Source: a virus. Taken from it: 64,000 nt of DNA. Shown here in pieces: positions 31,901 through 41,451 of this stretch (its first letter is position 1; each line of letters begins with the position of its first letter). The DNA lies in the IMG/VR virus record IMGVR_UViG_3300047323_000675; one strand, 5' to 3'. The notes under the pieces are model-generated. The model saw nothing but the letters and a program-made list of their open reading frames with translations. It ran no database searches and was not told the origin of the DNA. The translations under genes and the position numbers were made by a program.

Positions 31901-32538
31901 AACCGACCATTATTGCTGAAGATAAAAATCAGTTAGAAAAATTAATTCGCTCAGAAATGGAAAAACATGGAAACCGATGTGATTTAAATCATATTGATGT
32001 ATCCAATATTACTGATATGAGTGAAATGTTTAAGAATTCACAATTTAATGGCAATATCTCTAAATGGAATGTCTCTAAAGTAAAAAATATGAATGACATG
32101 TTTCACAATTGTTCATTTAATGGAGACATTAGTAGATGGGATGTGTCAAGTGTTGAAGACATGACTAGTATGTTTTATGCTTCAGATTTTAATAGTGATA
32201 TAAGTCAATGGAATGTTTGCAATGTAAAACATATGTATCATATGTTTTGTGAATCTCATTTTAATGTTGATATATCTAAATGGGATGTAAGTAATGTTGA
32301 AGAAATGAGTTATATGTTTATGTACTCTAATTTTGATAAAGATTTATCCAACTGGAAGCCATTTAAAGCGGAGAAAATAATACAAATTGTGGACACAACT
32401 AATGCACCAATTCCATACTGGGCTTTGATTGAAGATAAAGAAAAAAGAATAAATGCTATTAATAATTATTGGTTGAAAAAAGAATTGGATATAAATTTAG
32501 ACTCTAATCTAATTTTTGACAGAAAAATGAAATTATAA
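31897..32538 (+). CDS. DUF285/BspA-like repeat protein with shared tag (5 units)
   Basis: Array architecture; ends FDRKMKL. Confidence 0.88.
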   Translation: MKPTIIAEDKNQLEKLIRSEMEKHGNRCDLNHIDVSNITDMSEMFKNSQFNGNISKWNVSKVKNMNDMFHNCSFNGDISRWDVSSVEDMTSMFYASDFNSDISQWNVCNVKHMYHMFCESHFNVDISKWDVSNVEEMSYMFMYSNFDKDLSNWKPFKAEKIIQIVDTTNAPIPYWALIEDKEKRINAINNYWLKKELDINLDSNLIFDRKMKL

Positions 32539-32565
32539 AAAAAGGCACTTTATAAGTGCCTTTTT
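32539..32565. terminator. Bidirectional intrinsic terminator
   Basis: AAAAAGGCACTT/AAGTGCCTTTTT between convergent genes. Confidence 0.85.
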
Positions 32566-32579
32566 ATTTACTTGTTATT

Positions 32580-33017
32580 TCATTTTACTACTGCTCTCCA
32601 ACTATAATTTTGACCTTTGCTGAGCCAATAATCACGCATTTTTATCCAAAAGTAGATAGGTAAAATTAAAAATGAGATTCCACCGAAAATAAACAAACCA
32701 ACTATATTTAATACATTGCCAGTAACTCTATTGATACCTAATAAAGTAAATAATGTATCTGAGGCTATAATAAACCAAATAAAATAAACAAACATTGAAA
32801 TAATAAAAAGAATAAAGCCAATAAAAAATGTTCCAATGAATGCAGTAGTCCAACCCGATAGATGATTATGTAATGGTTCGCCTAATCCTATTATAGAACT
32901 GATAACAAATAGTATTACAGCAATAAAACTAAAAACAAAAAACAATGTTGGATATAAAATTGTCCAATTAAAGTAATTCTTCCATTTATCATTTAATAGT
33001 ATTGATTGATTATCCAT
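32580..33017 (-). CDS. Small integral membrane protein of unknown function
   Basis: 145 aa, three to four hydrophobic segments, AAGGA Shine-Dalgarno. Confidence 0.75.
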   Translation of the reverse strand: MDNQSILLNDKWKNYFNWTILYPTLFFVFSFIAVILFVISSIIGLGEPLHNHLSGWTTAFIGTFFIGFILFIISMFVYFIWFIIASDTLFTLLGINRVTGNVLNIVGLFIFGGISFLILPIYFWIKMRDYWLSKGQNYSWRAVVK

Positions 33018-33153
33018 TTAATTCATCCTTTTATTAATTATCTTTAATAATAACATAAATAATTATTTTTAAAAATTAATTTTTATGCTTAAGGAAAGAG
33101 ATGAATTGTAAATCAAATTATATTATTTATAATTAGTGAAGGAGAATAAGATT

Positions 33154-33537
33154 ATGAATGAAAAACAATATGGTGATTTAGAGAGTGATTCCGAGGAAGC
33201 ATTAAGTATTATTTTACAAACTTTATGTGTTACAGGTGATTTAGAAGCGATTAAGGAAAACTTAACTTCTAAAACTGCGAAAAATCATGGTAGTATATAT
33301 TATAATGATAATTTTCCTTTTCAATTATTGATGAATAAAAGACACCTTCATGTAATTGAATATTTAATATTTGATTATAAAATGGAAAAAACTCCAAGTT
33401 TAGAAAAATTATTAAATTTATATCAAGGTGATATGCCAAAAAAAGTTAATAATATGTTTAAAATTAGAGAGGTAAATGAATTGTCTCAAGAATTAACTAT
33501 GAATGTTGAAGAAAAAAATAAGAAGCCTAAATTATGA
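33154..33537 (+). CDS. Minimal ankyrin-like protein with shared tag
   Basis: ATG 33154 has an AAGGAG Shine-Dalgarno; about 1.5 units then YLIFDY cap; ends KNKKPKL. Confidence 0.8.
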   Translation: MNEKQYGDLESDSEEALSIILQTLCVTGDLEAIKENLTSKTAKNHGSIYYNDNFPFQLLMNKRHLHVIEYLIFDYKMEKTPSLEKLLNLYQGDMPKKVNNMFKIREVNELSQELTMNVEEKNKKPKL

Positions 33538-34451
33538 TAGATGAAAAATTAGCAGAAAAATTTAATCAAATGTCTTTAAATGAATTATCTGATAAATTTT
33601 TAATTGAATGTAGCAGAGGTAACTTAGATAATGTTAAATATCTTTTAAGCTCTGCAAATAAAAAAGCTTTCTATTTATATCAATATATCAATGGTGGTTT
33701 TATAGAGGCTTGTAAAAATGGTCATTTTGAAATTGTAAAATTTTTAGTTATCTCAAAAGAATTAGAAACTTGTGCGGATATATCTTCAAGTGATGATTTA
33801 GCATTTCGTTATGCAGCAGCTAGAGGTCATAACGAAATTGTAAAATACCTTTTAACTTCAACTGAATTAGAAAAACATGCAAATATAAATGCTGAAGATA
33901 ATGAAGCATTTCGTATGGCTTGTCGTACTGGTAATTTAGAGCTTGTTAAATATTTATTAATCTCAACTGAATTAAAAGAACATGCCCAAATTAATGATAA
34001 TGGCAAATATGATTCTGGATTAATGTTAGCATGTCAAAAAGGTCATTTAGATGTAATAAGATATTTATTAACATCATCTGATTTAAAAAAGCATGCAAAT
34101 GTTGAGGAAGATAGCCAACGACCAATTTTTACTGCTGCTTATGAAGGTCACTTAGAAGTGGTAAAGTTTTTATTAAAATTACCTGAATTAGAGAATAATA
34201 TTAATATAGAGCAGATTAAAAAAGCTACTTTTGCTTCTGCATTAAATAATAATCAAATAAATGTTTTAAAATATTTTATTTTTGATTTAAATATTCCTAA
34301 AGATGATTATGTTGATGACTGTTTTAGAAATTGCTCTGATAGTGAAATTAAAAAAACTTTAAAGGAGTGGTTTGATATAAGAGAGTTGAGTCAAGAGCTT
34401 GATAGGGATTTAGAAAATAATCAAACCATAAATAAAAAGGTTAAATTATGA
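33534..34451 (+). CDS. Ankyrin-like repeat protein with shared tag
   Basis: 35-37-aa units AC..GH.EIVKYLLTS.EL..HA.I; YFIFDLNI cap; ends INKKVKL. Confidence 0.88.
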   Translation: MIDEKLAEKFNQMSLNELSDKFLIECSRGNLDNVKYLLSSANKKAFYLYQYINGGFIEACKNGHFEIVKFLVISKELETCADISSSDDLAFRYAAARGHNEIVKYLLTSTELEKHANINAEDNEAFRMACRTGNLELVKYLLISTELKEHAQINDNGKYDSGLMLACQKGHLDVIRYLLTSSDLKKHANVEEDSQRPIFTAAYEGHLEVVKFLLKLPELENNINIEQIKKATFASALNNNQINVLKYFIFDLNIPKDDYVDDCFRNCSDSEIKKTLKEWFDIRELSQELDRDLENNQTINKKVKL

Positions 34452-35365
34452 TAGATGAAGAATTAGCCGAAAAATTTAGAAAAATGTCTGATTCTGAATG
34501 TTCTAATCAATTTATTGAAGAATGTAAGAATGGTAATTTAGACAATATTAAATATCTTTTATTTTCTGAAGATATCAAGAATTTTGATTTATCTAAATAT
34601 ATTAATGCTGGTTTTTCTGAGGCTTGTCGAAATGGGAATTTTGAAGTTATAAAGTATTTAACCACTTCATCGGATTTAAAAGAAAAATTTGATATAGCTA
34701 TAAATTATAATCTTTTATTTCGTTTAGCTGCTACTTATGGGCATAATGAAATTGTAAAATATTTATTAACATCATCAGATTTAAAAGAACATGCAAACAT
34801 ACATGCTTCAAATGAGGAAGCTTTCCGCTTAGCTTGTCGTTTTGGGCACCTATCTATTGTAAAGTATTTATTAACATCACCAGAACTTAAAGAACATGCA
34901 GAGATAAATGACAGTGGAAAAAATTATTCTGGATTAGTAATGGCTTGTCAAAAAGGTGAATTAGAAATAATAAAATATTTATTAACTTCTCCCGATTTAA
35001 AACAACATGCAAATATAAATGAAAATAATAATCTTCCAATTTCTTCTGCTGCTTATGAAGGCCAATTGGAGACAGTAAAATTTTTATTTAGTTTACTAAA
35101 ATTGAGAAACGATACAAATATAGAAGAAATAAAAAAATCCACTTTTTCTTTTGCATTAAATAACAACAAAATAGATATTTTAAAATTTTTTATTTTTGAC
35201 TTAAACATGCCTAAAGATGATTATATTAGTAATCTAATTAAATCTCATTCTAATCATGAAACAAAAAAAACTGTAAATGAATTTTTTAATATTAGAAAAT
35301 TAAACCAAGAACTTCATAAAGATTTAGAGAATAATGTATCTACAAGTAAAAAGGTTAAATTATGA
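34448..35365 (+). CDS. Ankyrin-like repeat protein with shared tag
   Basis: Close paralog of 33534; ends TSKKVKL. Confidence 0.88.
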   Translation: MIDEELAEKFRKMSDSECSNQFIEECKNGNLDNIKYLLFSEDIKNFDLSKYINAGFSEACRNGNFEVIKYLTTSSDLKEKFDIAINYNLLFRLAATYGHNEIVKYLLTSSDLKEHANIHASNEEAFRLACRFGHLSIVKYLLTSPELKEHAEINDSGKNYSGLVMACQKGELEIIKYLLTSPDLKQHANINENNNLPISSAAYEGQLETVKFLFSLLKLRNDTNIEEIKKSTFSFALNNNKIDILKFFIFDLNMPKDDYISNLIKSHSNHETKKTVNEFFNIRKLNQELHKDLENNVSTSKKVKL

Positions 35366-36294
35366 TAGATAAGGAAATCGCTGAACATTATAGAAGATTA
35401 TCTTATTATGGTATTTCAGAACAATTTTTATTAGATTGCAAAAATGGTGACTTAGATAAGGTTAGATATACTTTACTATCACCAGAAATGAAGCATATTA
35501 ATGTATTATTATCGGTTGATGATGGTTTTATTGAAGCTTGTAAAAATGGTCATTTTGAACTTGTTAAATTTTTTGCTGCATCAAAAGAATTAAAAGTAAA
35601 TGCAGATATATCTAAAGGTGATTGTGCTGGATTTCGTTTAGCCGCAGGTAACGGTTATAATGATATTGCTAAGTATCTTTTAACATCTCCTGATTTAAAG
35701 AAACATGCTGACATACATGCTTTAGATGAAGAAGCTTTTCGTTTAGCCTGTTATCATGGAAACTTACCATTAGTAAGGTATTTATTGACATCACCTGAAT
35801 TAAAAGAACATGCAAAAATTAAAGAATCAGGAAAAAATTATTCAGGATTATTGTTTGCTTGTCAGCGAGGTCAGTTAGAAATAGTAAAGTATTTATTGAC
35901 ATCAACTGAATTAGAAAAAAATGCAGATATTACTGAAAATCATGGTAGTGCATTTTATGCTGCTGCATCTAACGGACAAATAGAAGTATTGAAATATTTA
36001 CTGACTTCATCTGATGTAAAACAACATTCAGATTTAAATTTTAGGAATAGTGCTGTTTTTACTTATGCATTAGAAAATGATTATATAGATATAGTAAAAT
36101 TTTTAATTTTTGATTTAAATATTGTTAGAACCCAAACTATTGATAAGCATTTAAAAAATATGCCTAATGAAGAAGTAGAGAATTTTTTTAAAATTAGGGA
36201 CTTTAATCAAGAACTTAATAAAGAGTTAGATAATAATTTGAATCAAGAGCTTTCATGGAATGAAGAAACAACAAAAGGAAAATTAAAACTATGA
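35362..36294 (+). CDS. Ankyrin-like repeat protein with partly duplicated tag
   Basis: Close paralog of 33534 and 34448; tail NQELNKELDNNLNQELSWNEETTKGKLKL. Confidence 0.88.
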   Translation: MIDKEIAEHYRRLSYYGISEQFLLDCKNGDLDKVRYTLLSPEMKHINVLLSVDDGFIEACKNGHFELVKFFAASKELKVNADISKGDCAGFRLAAGNGYNDIAKYLLTSPDLKKHADIHALDEEAFRLACYHGNLPLVRYLLTSPELKEHAKIKESGKNYSGLLFACQRGQLEIVKYLLTSTELEKNADITENHGSAFYAAASNGQIEVLKYLLTSSDVKQHSDLNFRNSAVFTYALENDYIDIVKFLIFDLNIVRTQTIDKHLKNMPNEEVENFFKIRDFNQELNKELDNNLNQELSWNEETTKGKLKL

Positions 36295-36305
36295 TAGATA
36301 AATAA
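36291..36305 (+). pseudogene. Four-codon stub (MIDK*) of a lost or uncopied paralog
   Basis: ATGATAGATAAATAA overlaps the previous stop and matches the ATGATAGAT start of the three preceding genes. Confidence 0.5.
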
Positions 36306-36450
36306 AAGGTAAATTAATAATTTTCAATTGTATTCCCTTTATAATTAATACAGTTATTTTATTTTATCTTATACTATTGAATTCAAATGTATATATATTG
36401 TTATTTAGTTTTTAATAGATATAATAGTCATAATTAAAAAATAAATATTT

Positions 36451-37149
36451 ATGGAAAATTTAGAGTTATATAACAAATATAATGGTTGCTCATCCAATAC
36501 TTTAACAAGCGAATTAATTAGTCTATGTGAGCAAGGTAATCTAGAAGCTGTAAAATATGTTTTAACTTCTAAAGATTTAGAGCATCATGCAAAGATAGAA
36601 TCCTATGATTATGCTGCATTACACAATGCTTGTGAGCATGGACATTTAGATATTGTCAAATATCTACTTACCTCACCTGATTTAAAAGAAAAAGCAAATA
36701 TTAATGCTCATACTGGTCATAGTAGTGTTTTAAGTGCAGCTTGTAGAAGTGGAAATTTAGCACTTGTTAGTTATTTATTAGCCTCACCTGATTTAAAAGA
36801 ACATATTAATATTCATACTGATAAAGATGCAGCAATGCAATGGGCAATTATTGGTGATGATATAGAATTAGTAAAACATTTGCTATTTTCTCCTGAATTA
36901 AAAGAACATATAAAAATTCATGACAACTATGATAAAGCATTTGAAACAGCTTTAAGAGCCAATAAACAAGATATATTGCATTATTTTATTTTCGATTTAA
37001 ATATTGAAAAGACAGAAGATATTGATGGTTACTTATATGAGTTTGGAAAATGGGATGTAAAGGATATGTTTAAAAAGCGCGAATTAAAAGAAGACTTAGA
37101 TAACGAACTTTCTGTTAAGAATAATCAAATTAAACCAAATAAGATTTGA
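36451..37149 (+). CDS. Ankyrin-like repeat protein with shared tag
   Basis: Array architecture; ends IKPNKI. Confidence 0.88.
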   Translation: MENLELYNKYNGCSSNTLTSELISLCEQGNLEAVKYVLTSKDLEHHAKIESYDYAALHNACEHGHLDIVKYLLTSPDLKEKANINAHTGHSSVLSAACRSGNLALVSYLLASPDLKEHINIHTDKDAAMQWAIIGDDIELVKHLLFSPELKEHIKIHDNYDKAFETALRANKQDILHYFIFDLNIEKTEDIDGYLYEFGKWDVKDMFKKRELKEDLDNELSVKNNQIKPNKI

Positions 37150-37160
37150 TCTTTAAGATT

Positions 37161-37187
37161 AAACGGCAATAAGCCGTTTTTTATTTT
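37161..37187 (+). terminator. Intrinsic terminator (AACGGC/GCCGTT family)
   Basis: AAACGGC-AATAA-GCCGTTTTTTATTTT after the 37149 stop. Confidence 0.8.
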
Positions 37188-37213
37188 GTAAATCAATAAA
37201 TCTTATTTATAAT
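37186..37213 (+). promoter_or_regulatory. Putative promoter of the terminator-promoter module, copy 3
   Basis: TTGTAA, 16 bp, TATAAT; alignable with the copies at 19751 and 24890. Confidence 0.55.
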
Positions 37214-37242
37214 AATGATAAGAAAGATACAAGGTATAAATT

Positions 37243-37647
37243 ATGTGGGGTGAATATTATAATTCTAAACAAAATGAAGAGCCTTTTTCAGATTATGCTA
37301 ATGCTGATCAAAAACAACTGAATGGTTTTTTAAAAGTTATGTGTATCTATGAATCATTACCACATATAAAATATTTATTAGAATCACCTTTATTAAGAAT
37401 ACATGCTGATTTCCATGCTGATAATGATGAAGCATTTAAATGTTTACAGAATTGTGATTTAAAAATAATTAAATACTTAATTTTTGATTATGGGCTTAAA
37501 ACTAATGAAAACATAGAGAAAATCTTAGATAATTCTGATACTGATTTTGCGATGGCAGTAAGAAATATGTTTAAGCTCAGAGATTATCAAGTATTAAATA
37601 CGGAATTACCTGCTAATGAAATTAAAGTTAAAAAGAATAAGGTATAA
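37243..37647 (+). CDS. Minimal ankyrin-like protein with shared tag
   Basis: About 1.5 units; ends VKKNKV. Confidence 0.8.
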   Translation: MWGEYYNSKQNEEPFSDYANADQKQLNGFLKVMCIYESLPHIKYLLESPLLRIHADFHADNDEAFKCLQNCDLKIIKYLIFDYGLKTNENIEKILDNSDTDFAMAVRNMFKLRDYQVLNTELPANEIKVKKNKV

Positions 37648-38031
37648 ATGATGAGTAAATATGGTGTAGGCTATAACACACTAACACAAGAAGAATTAAA
37701 CGAGATGTTTAGTAGAATGTGTTTTTATGAAGACTTTAATGAAGTTAAATATATATTAACTTCACCAGATATAAAGCTTCGTCCTAACTTAAATTTTAAA
37801 CTTGATGAACCATTTGCATTTTTATTAGAAGATAAAAATTTAGAAATATTACAATATTTAATAATTGAACATAATATGGAAAAGACAAAAAATATTGTTG
37901 AAATAATGCAAAAGAATGAAAGTGAATTTATTCAGCAAGTAGAAGAATTATTTAACATAAGAGATTTAAAATGTTCATTAGATAACGAGTTAGTTAAAAA
38001 TGATGGTAATGTTAGGAAGGCTAAAATATGA
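37648..38031 (+). CDS. Minimal ankyrin-like protein with shared tag
   Basis: About 1.5 units; ends VRKAKI. Confidence 0.8.
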   Translation: MMSKYGVGYNTLTQEELNEMFSRMCFYEDFNEVKYILTSPDIKLRPNLNFKLDEPFAFLLEDKNLEILQYLIIEHNMEKTKNIVEIMQKNESEFIQQVEELFNIRDLKCSLDNELVKNDGNVRKAKI

Positions 38032-38717
38032 ATGATCCTTTTTTATATGAACAATATAAAAATCTAAATAAAGAGCAATTAACAGAAGAATTAATTGAAG
38101 CATGTAGGAAGGGTGATTTGGATGTGGTTAAATATTTATTGAATTCAAAGGATTTAATTGAGCATGCAGATATAAATGGATTTATAAGCTCTCCATTGCT
38201 GTGTGCTTGTGAATATGGGCATTTAGAAGTAGTAAAGTATTTGTTAACATCTAACGAACTACAAGAACATGCTACAATTAATAATTTATTTAATCCATTG
38301 ATTCCAGCTTGCAGGGATGGTCATTTAGATATTGTAAAATATTTACTGATATCTCCTGAATTAAAAAACCAAATAGATATCCATGTTCAAAATGATGCTC
38401 CTTTTGCTTGGGCATGTATAAGAGGTCATTTAAATGTTATTAAATATTTATTAACCTCGCCTGAATTAGAAGAACATATAGAACTTCATTCCCATAATGA
38501 TACAGGTTTTAAATCAGCCATACAAGGTAATCAATTAGAAGTGATTCGTTATTTTATCTTTGATTTAAATATGGAAAAGAGTGCATGTGTACAGCAATAT
38601 TTAAAAGAAAATCCTAATGAAGATATAGATAAAATGTTTGAAATGAGAAGTTTAAATAAATCTTTAAGTCATGAGCTTATTTCTCATGAAAATGAATTTA
38701 GGAAACATAAATTATGA
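38028..38717 (+). CDS. Ankyrin-like repeat protein with shared tag
   Basis: Array architecture; ends FRKHKL. Confidence 0.88.
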   Translation: MNDPFLYEQYKNLNKEQLTEELIEACRKGDLDVVKYLLNSKDLIEHADINGFISSPLLCACEYGHLEVVKYLLTSNELQEHATINNLFNPLIPACRDGHLDIVKYLLISPELKNQIDIHVQNDAPFAWACIRGHLNVIKYLLTSPELEEHIELHSHNDTGFKSAIQGNQLEVIRYFIFDLNMEKSACVQQYLKENPNEDIDKMFEMRSLNKSLSHELISHENEFRKHKL

Positions 38718-39286
38718 GGAATCCTATTTTATATGAAAAATTTAAAAATGAAGATATAGATGATGCTTTTATTGATGCATGCCAGGATGGTAATTTTGAA
38801 GAAGTAAAATATTTGTTAAATTCTCATGATTTAGTAAAAAATGCTGATATTCATGCATATGATGATTTAGGATTTAGAAAAGCTTGTGCTAGGGGACATC
38901 TTGATATAGCTAGATATTTATTAACATCACCTGAGTTAGAGGAACATGCAGATATGAATGCATGTGAGAATGAATCTTTAAAAGTAAATTCAACAAATGG
39001 AAATTTATATAGTGTTAAATTTATGACTTCTCCTGAGTTCAAAGATAAGCTTAAGTTAGATGGTGTATTAGAATTCTTTTTTAAGTATGTTAATCAGAAA
39101 AATGTACATGTTGCTCATTATTTTATCTTTGATTTAAATATTGAAAGAACAGAAAGTATTAACAAAATTTTAAAAGATTATCCTGATAGTAAATTAGAGA
39201 AAGCATTTGCTTTAAGAGATTTGAATAAAGAATTAAATACAGAATTAAGTATTAATAAAGAAATCCCAAAGAAGGTTAAGATATGA
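38714..39286 (+). CDS. Ankyrin-like repeat protein with shared tag
   Basis: Array architecture; ends PKKVKI. Confidence 0.86.
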   Translation: MRNPILYEKFKNEDIDDAFIDACQDGNFEEVKYLLNSHDLVKNADIHAYDDLGFRKACARGHLDIARYLLTSPELEEHADMNACENESLKVNSTNGNLYSVKFMTSPEFKDKLKLDGVLEFFFKYVNQKNVHVAHYFIFDLNIERTESINKILKDYPDSKLEKAFALRDLNKELNTELSINKEIPKKVKI

Positions 39287-39783
39287 TTAATTATTACGAA
39301 GAATTTAAAGGCTTAAAGAAAGATGAGTTAATTCTTAGGTTAAATGAGAGTTTATTAGATGCATGCACACATGGTGATTTAGATAAGATTAAATATATTT
39401 TAACTTCTCCAGAATTGGAGTATCATGGTGATATCCATTATAAGAAGGATTCTCCACTTTCTTTGGCTGTTTTTTCAAGGAAACTTGAAATTGTGAAATA
39501 TTTATTATCATCACCTGATTTAAAAGAACATGCGAATTTACATGCCGATGGTGATAATGCTTTTTTATGTGCAGCTTATTATAATCATTCCGATATAGTC
39601 AATTATTTTATTTTTGATTTTAAAATTGAAAAAAGTACATCTATTGTAAAAGATCTAGCAGATACACCAAATATAGAGCAAAAAATAAACAAATTGTTTG
39701 AAATAAGAGATTTAAATCAAGAAATAAATGCAGAGCTTACAGAAAAAGATAATAAAGAAAAGCAAAAGAAGGCTAAATTATGA
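39283..39783 (+). CDS. Ankyrin-like repeat protein with shared tag
   Basis: Array architecture; ends QKKAKL. Confidence 0.86.
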   Translation: MINYYEEFKGLKKDELILRLNESLLDACTHGDLDKIKYILTSPELEYHGDIHYKKDSPLSLAVFSRKLEIVKYLLSSPDLKEHANLHADGDNAFLCAAYYNHSDIVNYFIFDFKIEKSTSIVKDLADTPNIEQKINKLFEIRDLNQEINAELTEKDNKEKQKKAKL

Positions 39784-40622
39784 GTAATTTTACTAATGAA
39801 GAAATTTTTAAGGAATTAGAAGGAAGGACTTTATCCGGCTTTCTTAAAGAATTATGTCTTAAAAATGATTTTGACAAGTTCAAATACATTTTTGAATCAG
39901 ATATGTTGGAAGAACATTTTGGAATAAGGAAAAGTGAACATTTAAGCGATACTTTGGAAGAGATAGAAAGAATTATATTAGATTCGGATTTAATAAAAAA
40001 ATGTTGTGAAGTAGATGCTGTAGAAATATTGGAATATATCTTAGCTTATTGTTATGGTTCAAATGCATTTCATTTAGAAGATTTACAATCTCAAATTGAT
40101 GATGCTGTATCAGTATGTTGCCGTTATGGATCATTAAAATCTCTAGACTATATTTTGAATTCAGAAAAAATTACAATTAATGGAAAAATTGAAGGTGATT
40201 ATCTATTTATGTATGCTTTTGAAAATAATCATTTAGATGTAGTTGAATATTTACTGAATTCTCCCAAAGCAGAAAATATAAAAAATGAATCAATTAAAAG
40301 TGGTCAATTATTAAAAAATGCATGTGCATATGGTAACTTAGATGCAATTAAATTTGTTTTTAATGCACCACAATTAAAAGATAAAATAGACATTCATGTT
40401 AATAAAGATGATTGCTTTAGAATATTAGCAAGACAGAACAAAGAAGAGATACTTAATTATTTTATATTTGAATTAGAATTAAATCGAACAAAATATATTG
40501 ATAATTATTTAAAAGTGAACCAAAGAAAAGATATAGATTCAATGTTTGAAGCAAGAGACTTACAAAAAGAACTTAATAACGAACTAAAAGATAATAAAAG
40601 TGAAAAAAAACCTAAAATATGA
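39780..40622 (+). CDS. Divergent ankyrin-like repeat protein with shared tag
   Basis: Degenerate N-terminal units, CCRYGSL and ACAYGNL units; ends EKKPKI. Confidence 0.82.
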   Translation: MSNFTNEEIFKELEGRTLSGFLKELCLKNDFDKFKYIFESDMLEEHFGIRKSEHLSDTLEEIERIILDSDLIKKCCEVDAVEILEYILAYCYGSNAFHLEDLQSQIDDAVSVCCRYGSLKSLDYILNSEKITINGKIEGDYLFMYAFENNHLDVVEYLLNSPKAENIKNESIKSGQLLKNACAYGNLDAIKFVFNAPQLKDKIDIHVNKDDCFRILARQNKEEILNYFIFELELNRTKYIDNYLKVNQRKDIDSMFEARDLQKELNNELKDNKSEKKPKI

Positions 40623-41044
40623 TTCATCCTACTATAAATAAAGAAAATAAAACACCTGAAGAAATAGCTCAAGAGGAAGTAGATTTATATTTTATCAGGA
40701 TGTGTTATTCCTGTGATTTTGAGCATATAAAATACTTATTGACCTCACCTGAATTACAAAGACATGCAAATGTTCATGCACAGAATGATAAAGGATTTGC
40801 AAATATTCTAGATGATTTACTAGAAGCAAGAATTCAAAATTGTTCTGATAGAACAACTGAGATTATGCAATATTTAATTTTTGATTTTAATATTGAAAAA
40901 ACAAAAGATATTGAAAAAATTTTAATTAGCAGAGGTGAATTAGGTGTAAAATATTTAAAAATGTTTGAACAGCGTGAACTAAATAATATATTAAAATCTG
41001 AATTAATAGAAAATAATGATAACCCCAAAAAAACTAAAATATGA
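40619..41044 (+). CDS. Minimal ankyrin-like protein with shared tag
   Basis: HIKYLLTSPELQRHANVH; ends PKKTKI. Confidence 0.82.
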   Translation: MIHPTINKENKTPEEIAQEEVDLYFIRMCYSCDFEHIKYLLTSPELQRHANVHAQNDKGFANILDDLLEARIQNCSDRTTEIMQYLIFDFNIEKTKDIEKILISRGELGVKYLKMFEQRELNNILKSELIENNDNPKKTKI

Positions 41045-41451
41045 GTATAAAAAATAGTGATTATTCAAAATATAAAAATGCCACACAAAAAGAATTAGAT
41101 AAGGCATTTCTCCATAGTTGTATCTATACAAAATTTGATCATATAAAATATTTACTAACTTCACCAGAATTAAAAAGACATGCAAATGTGCATACAAATG
41201 AAGACTTAGGTTTTGCTCATCTTATGGGAAACAAAGAAAAAGCTAGAGATATTATTACATATCTTATATTTGATTTTAATATTGAAAAAACTTCAACTAT
41301 TGAAGAGATATTAGAGTATGAAATGGACTCATTAGAATTAATAAATTTAACTAAAGATATAAAAAGAATGTTTGAACAAAGAGAATTAAATCAAGAATTA
41401 GATTCTATATTAGTAAAAAATGATAAACATTTTAAAAAGATAAAGATATGA
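41041..41451 (+). CDS. Minimal ankyrin-like protein with shared tag
   Basis: HIKYLLTSPELKRHANVH; ends FKKIKI. Confidence 0.82.
   Translation: MSIKNSDYSKYKNATQKELDKAFLHSCIYTKFDHIKYLLTSPELKRHANVHTNEDLGFAHLMGNKEKARDIITYLIFDFNIEKTSTIEEILEYEMDSLELINLTKDIKRMFEQRELNQELDSILVKNDKHFKKIKI

Larger units (their letters stand above)
6599..32538. repeat. DUF285/BspA-like paralog arrays (29 genes, 72-bp internal unit)
   Basis: 25 minus-strand genes (6599-25530) and 4 plus-strand genes (29593-32538) with common N-cap, C-cap and tag. Confidence 0.9.

Noticed and set aside
6599..32538. 72-bp periodic DNA as a possible CRISPR array
   Set aside because: Repeats are degenerate, in-frame coding units without constant repeat / unique spacer structure; no cas genes.
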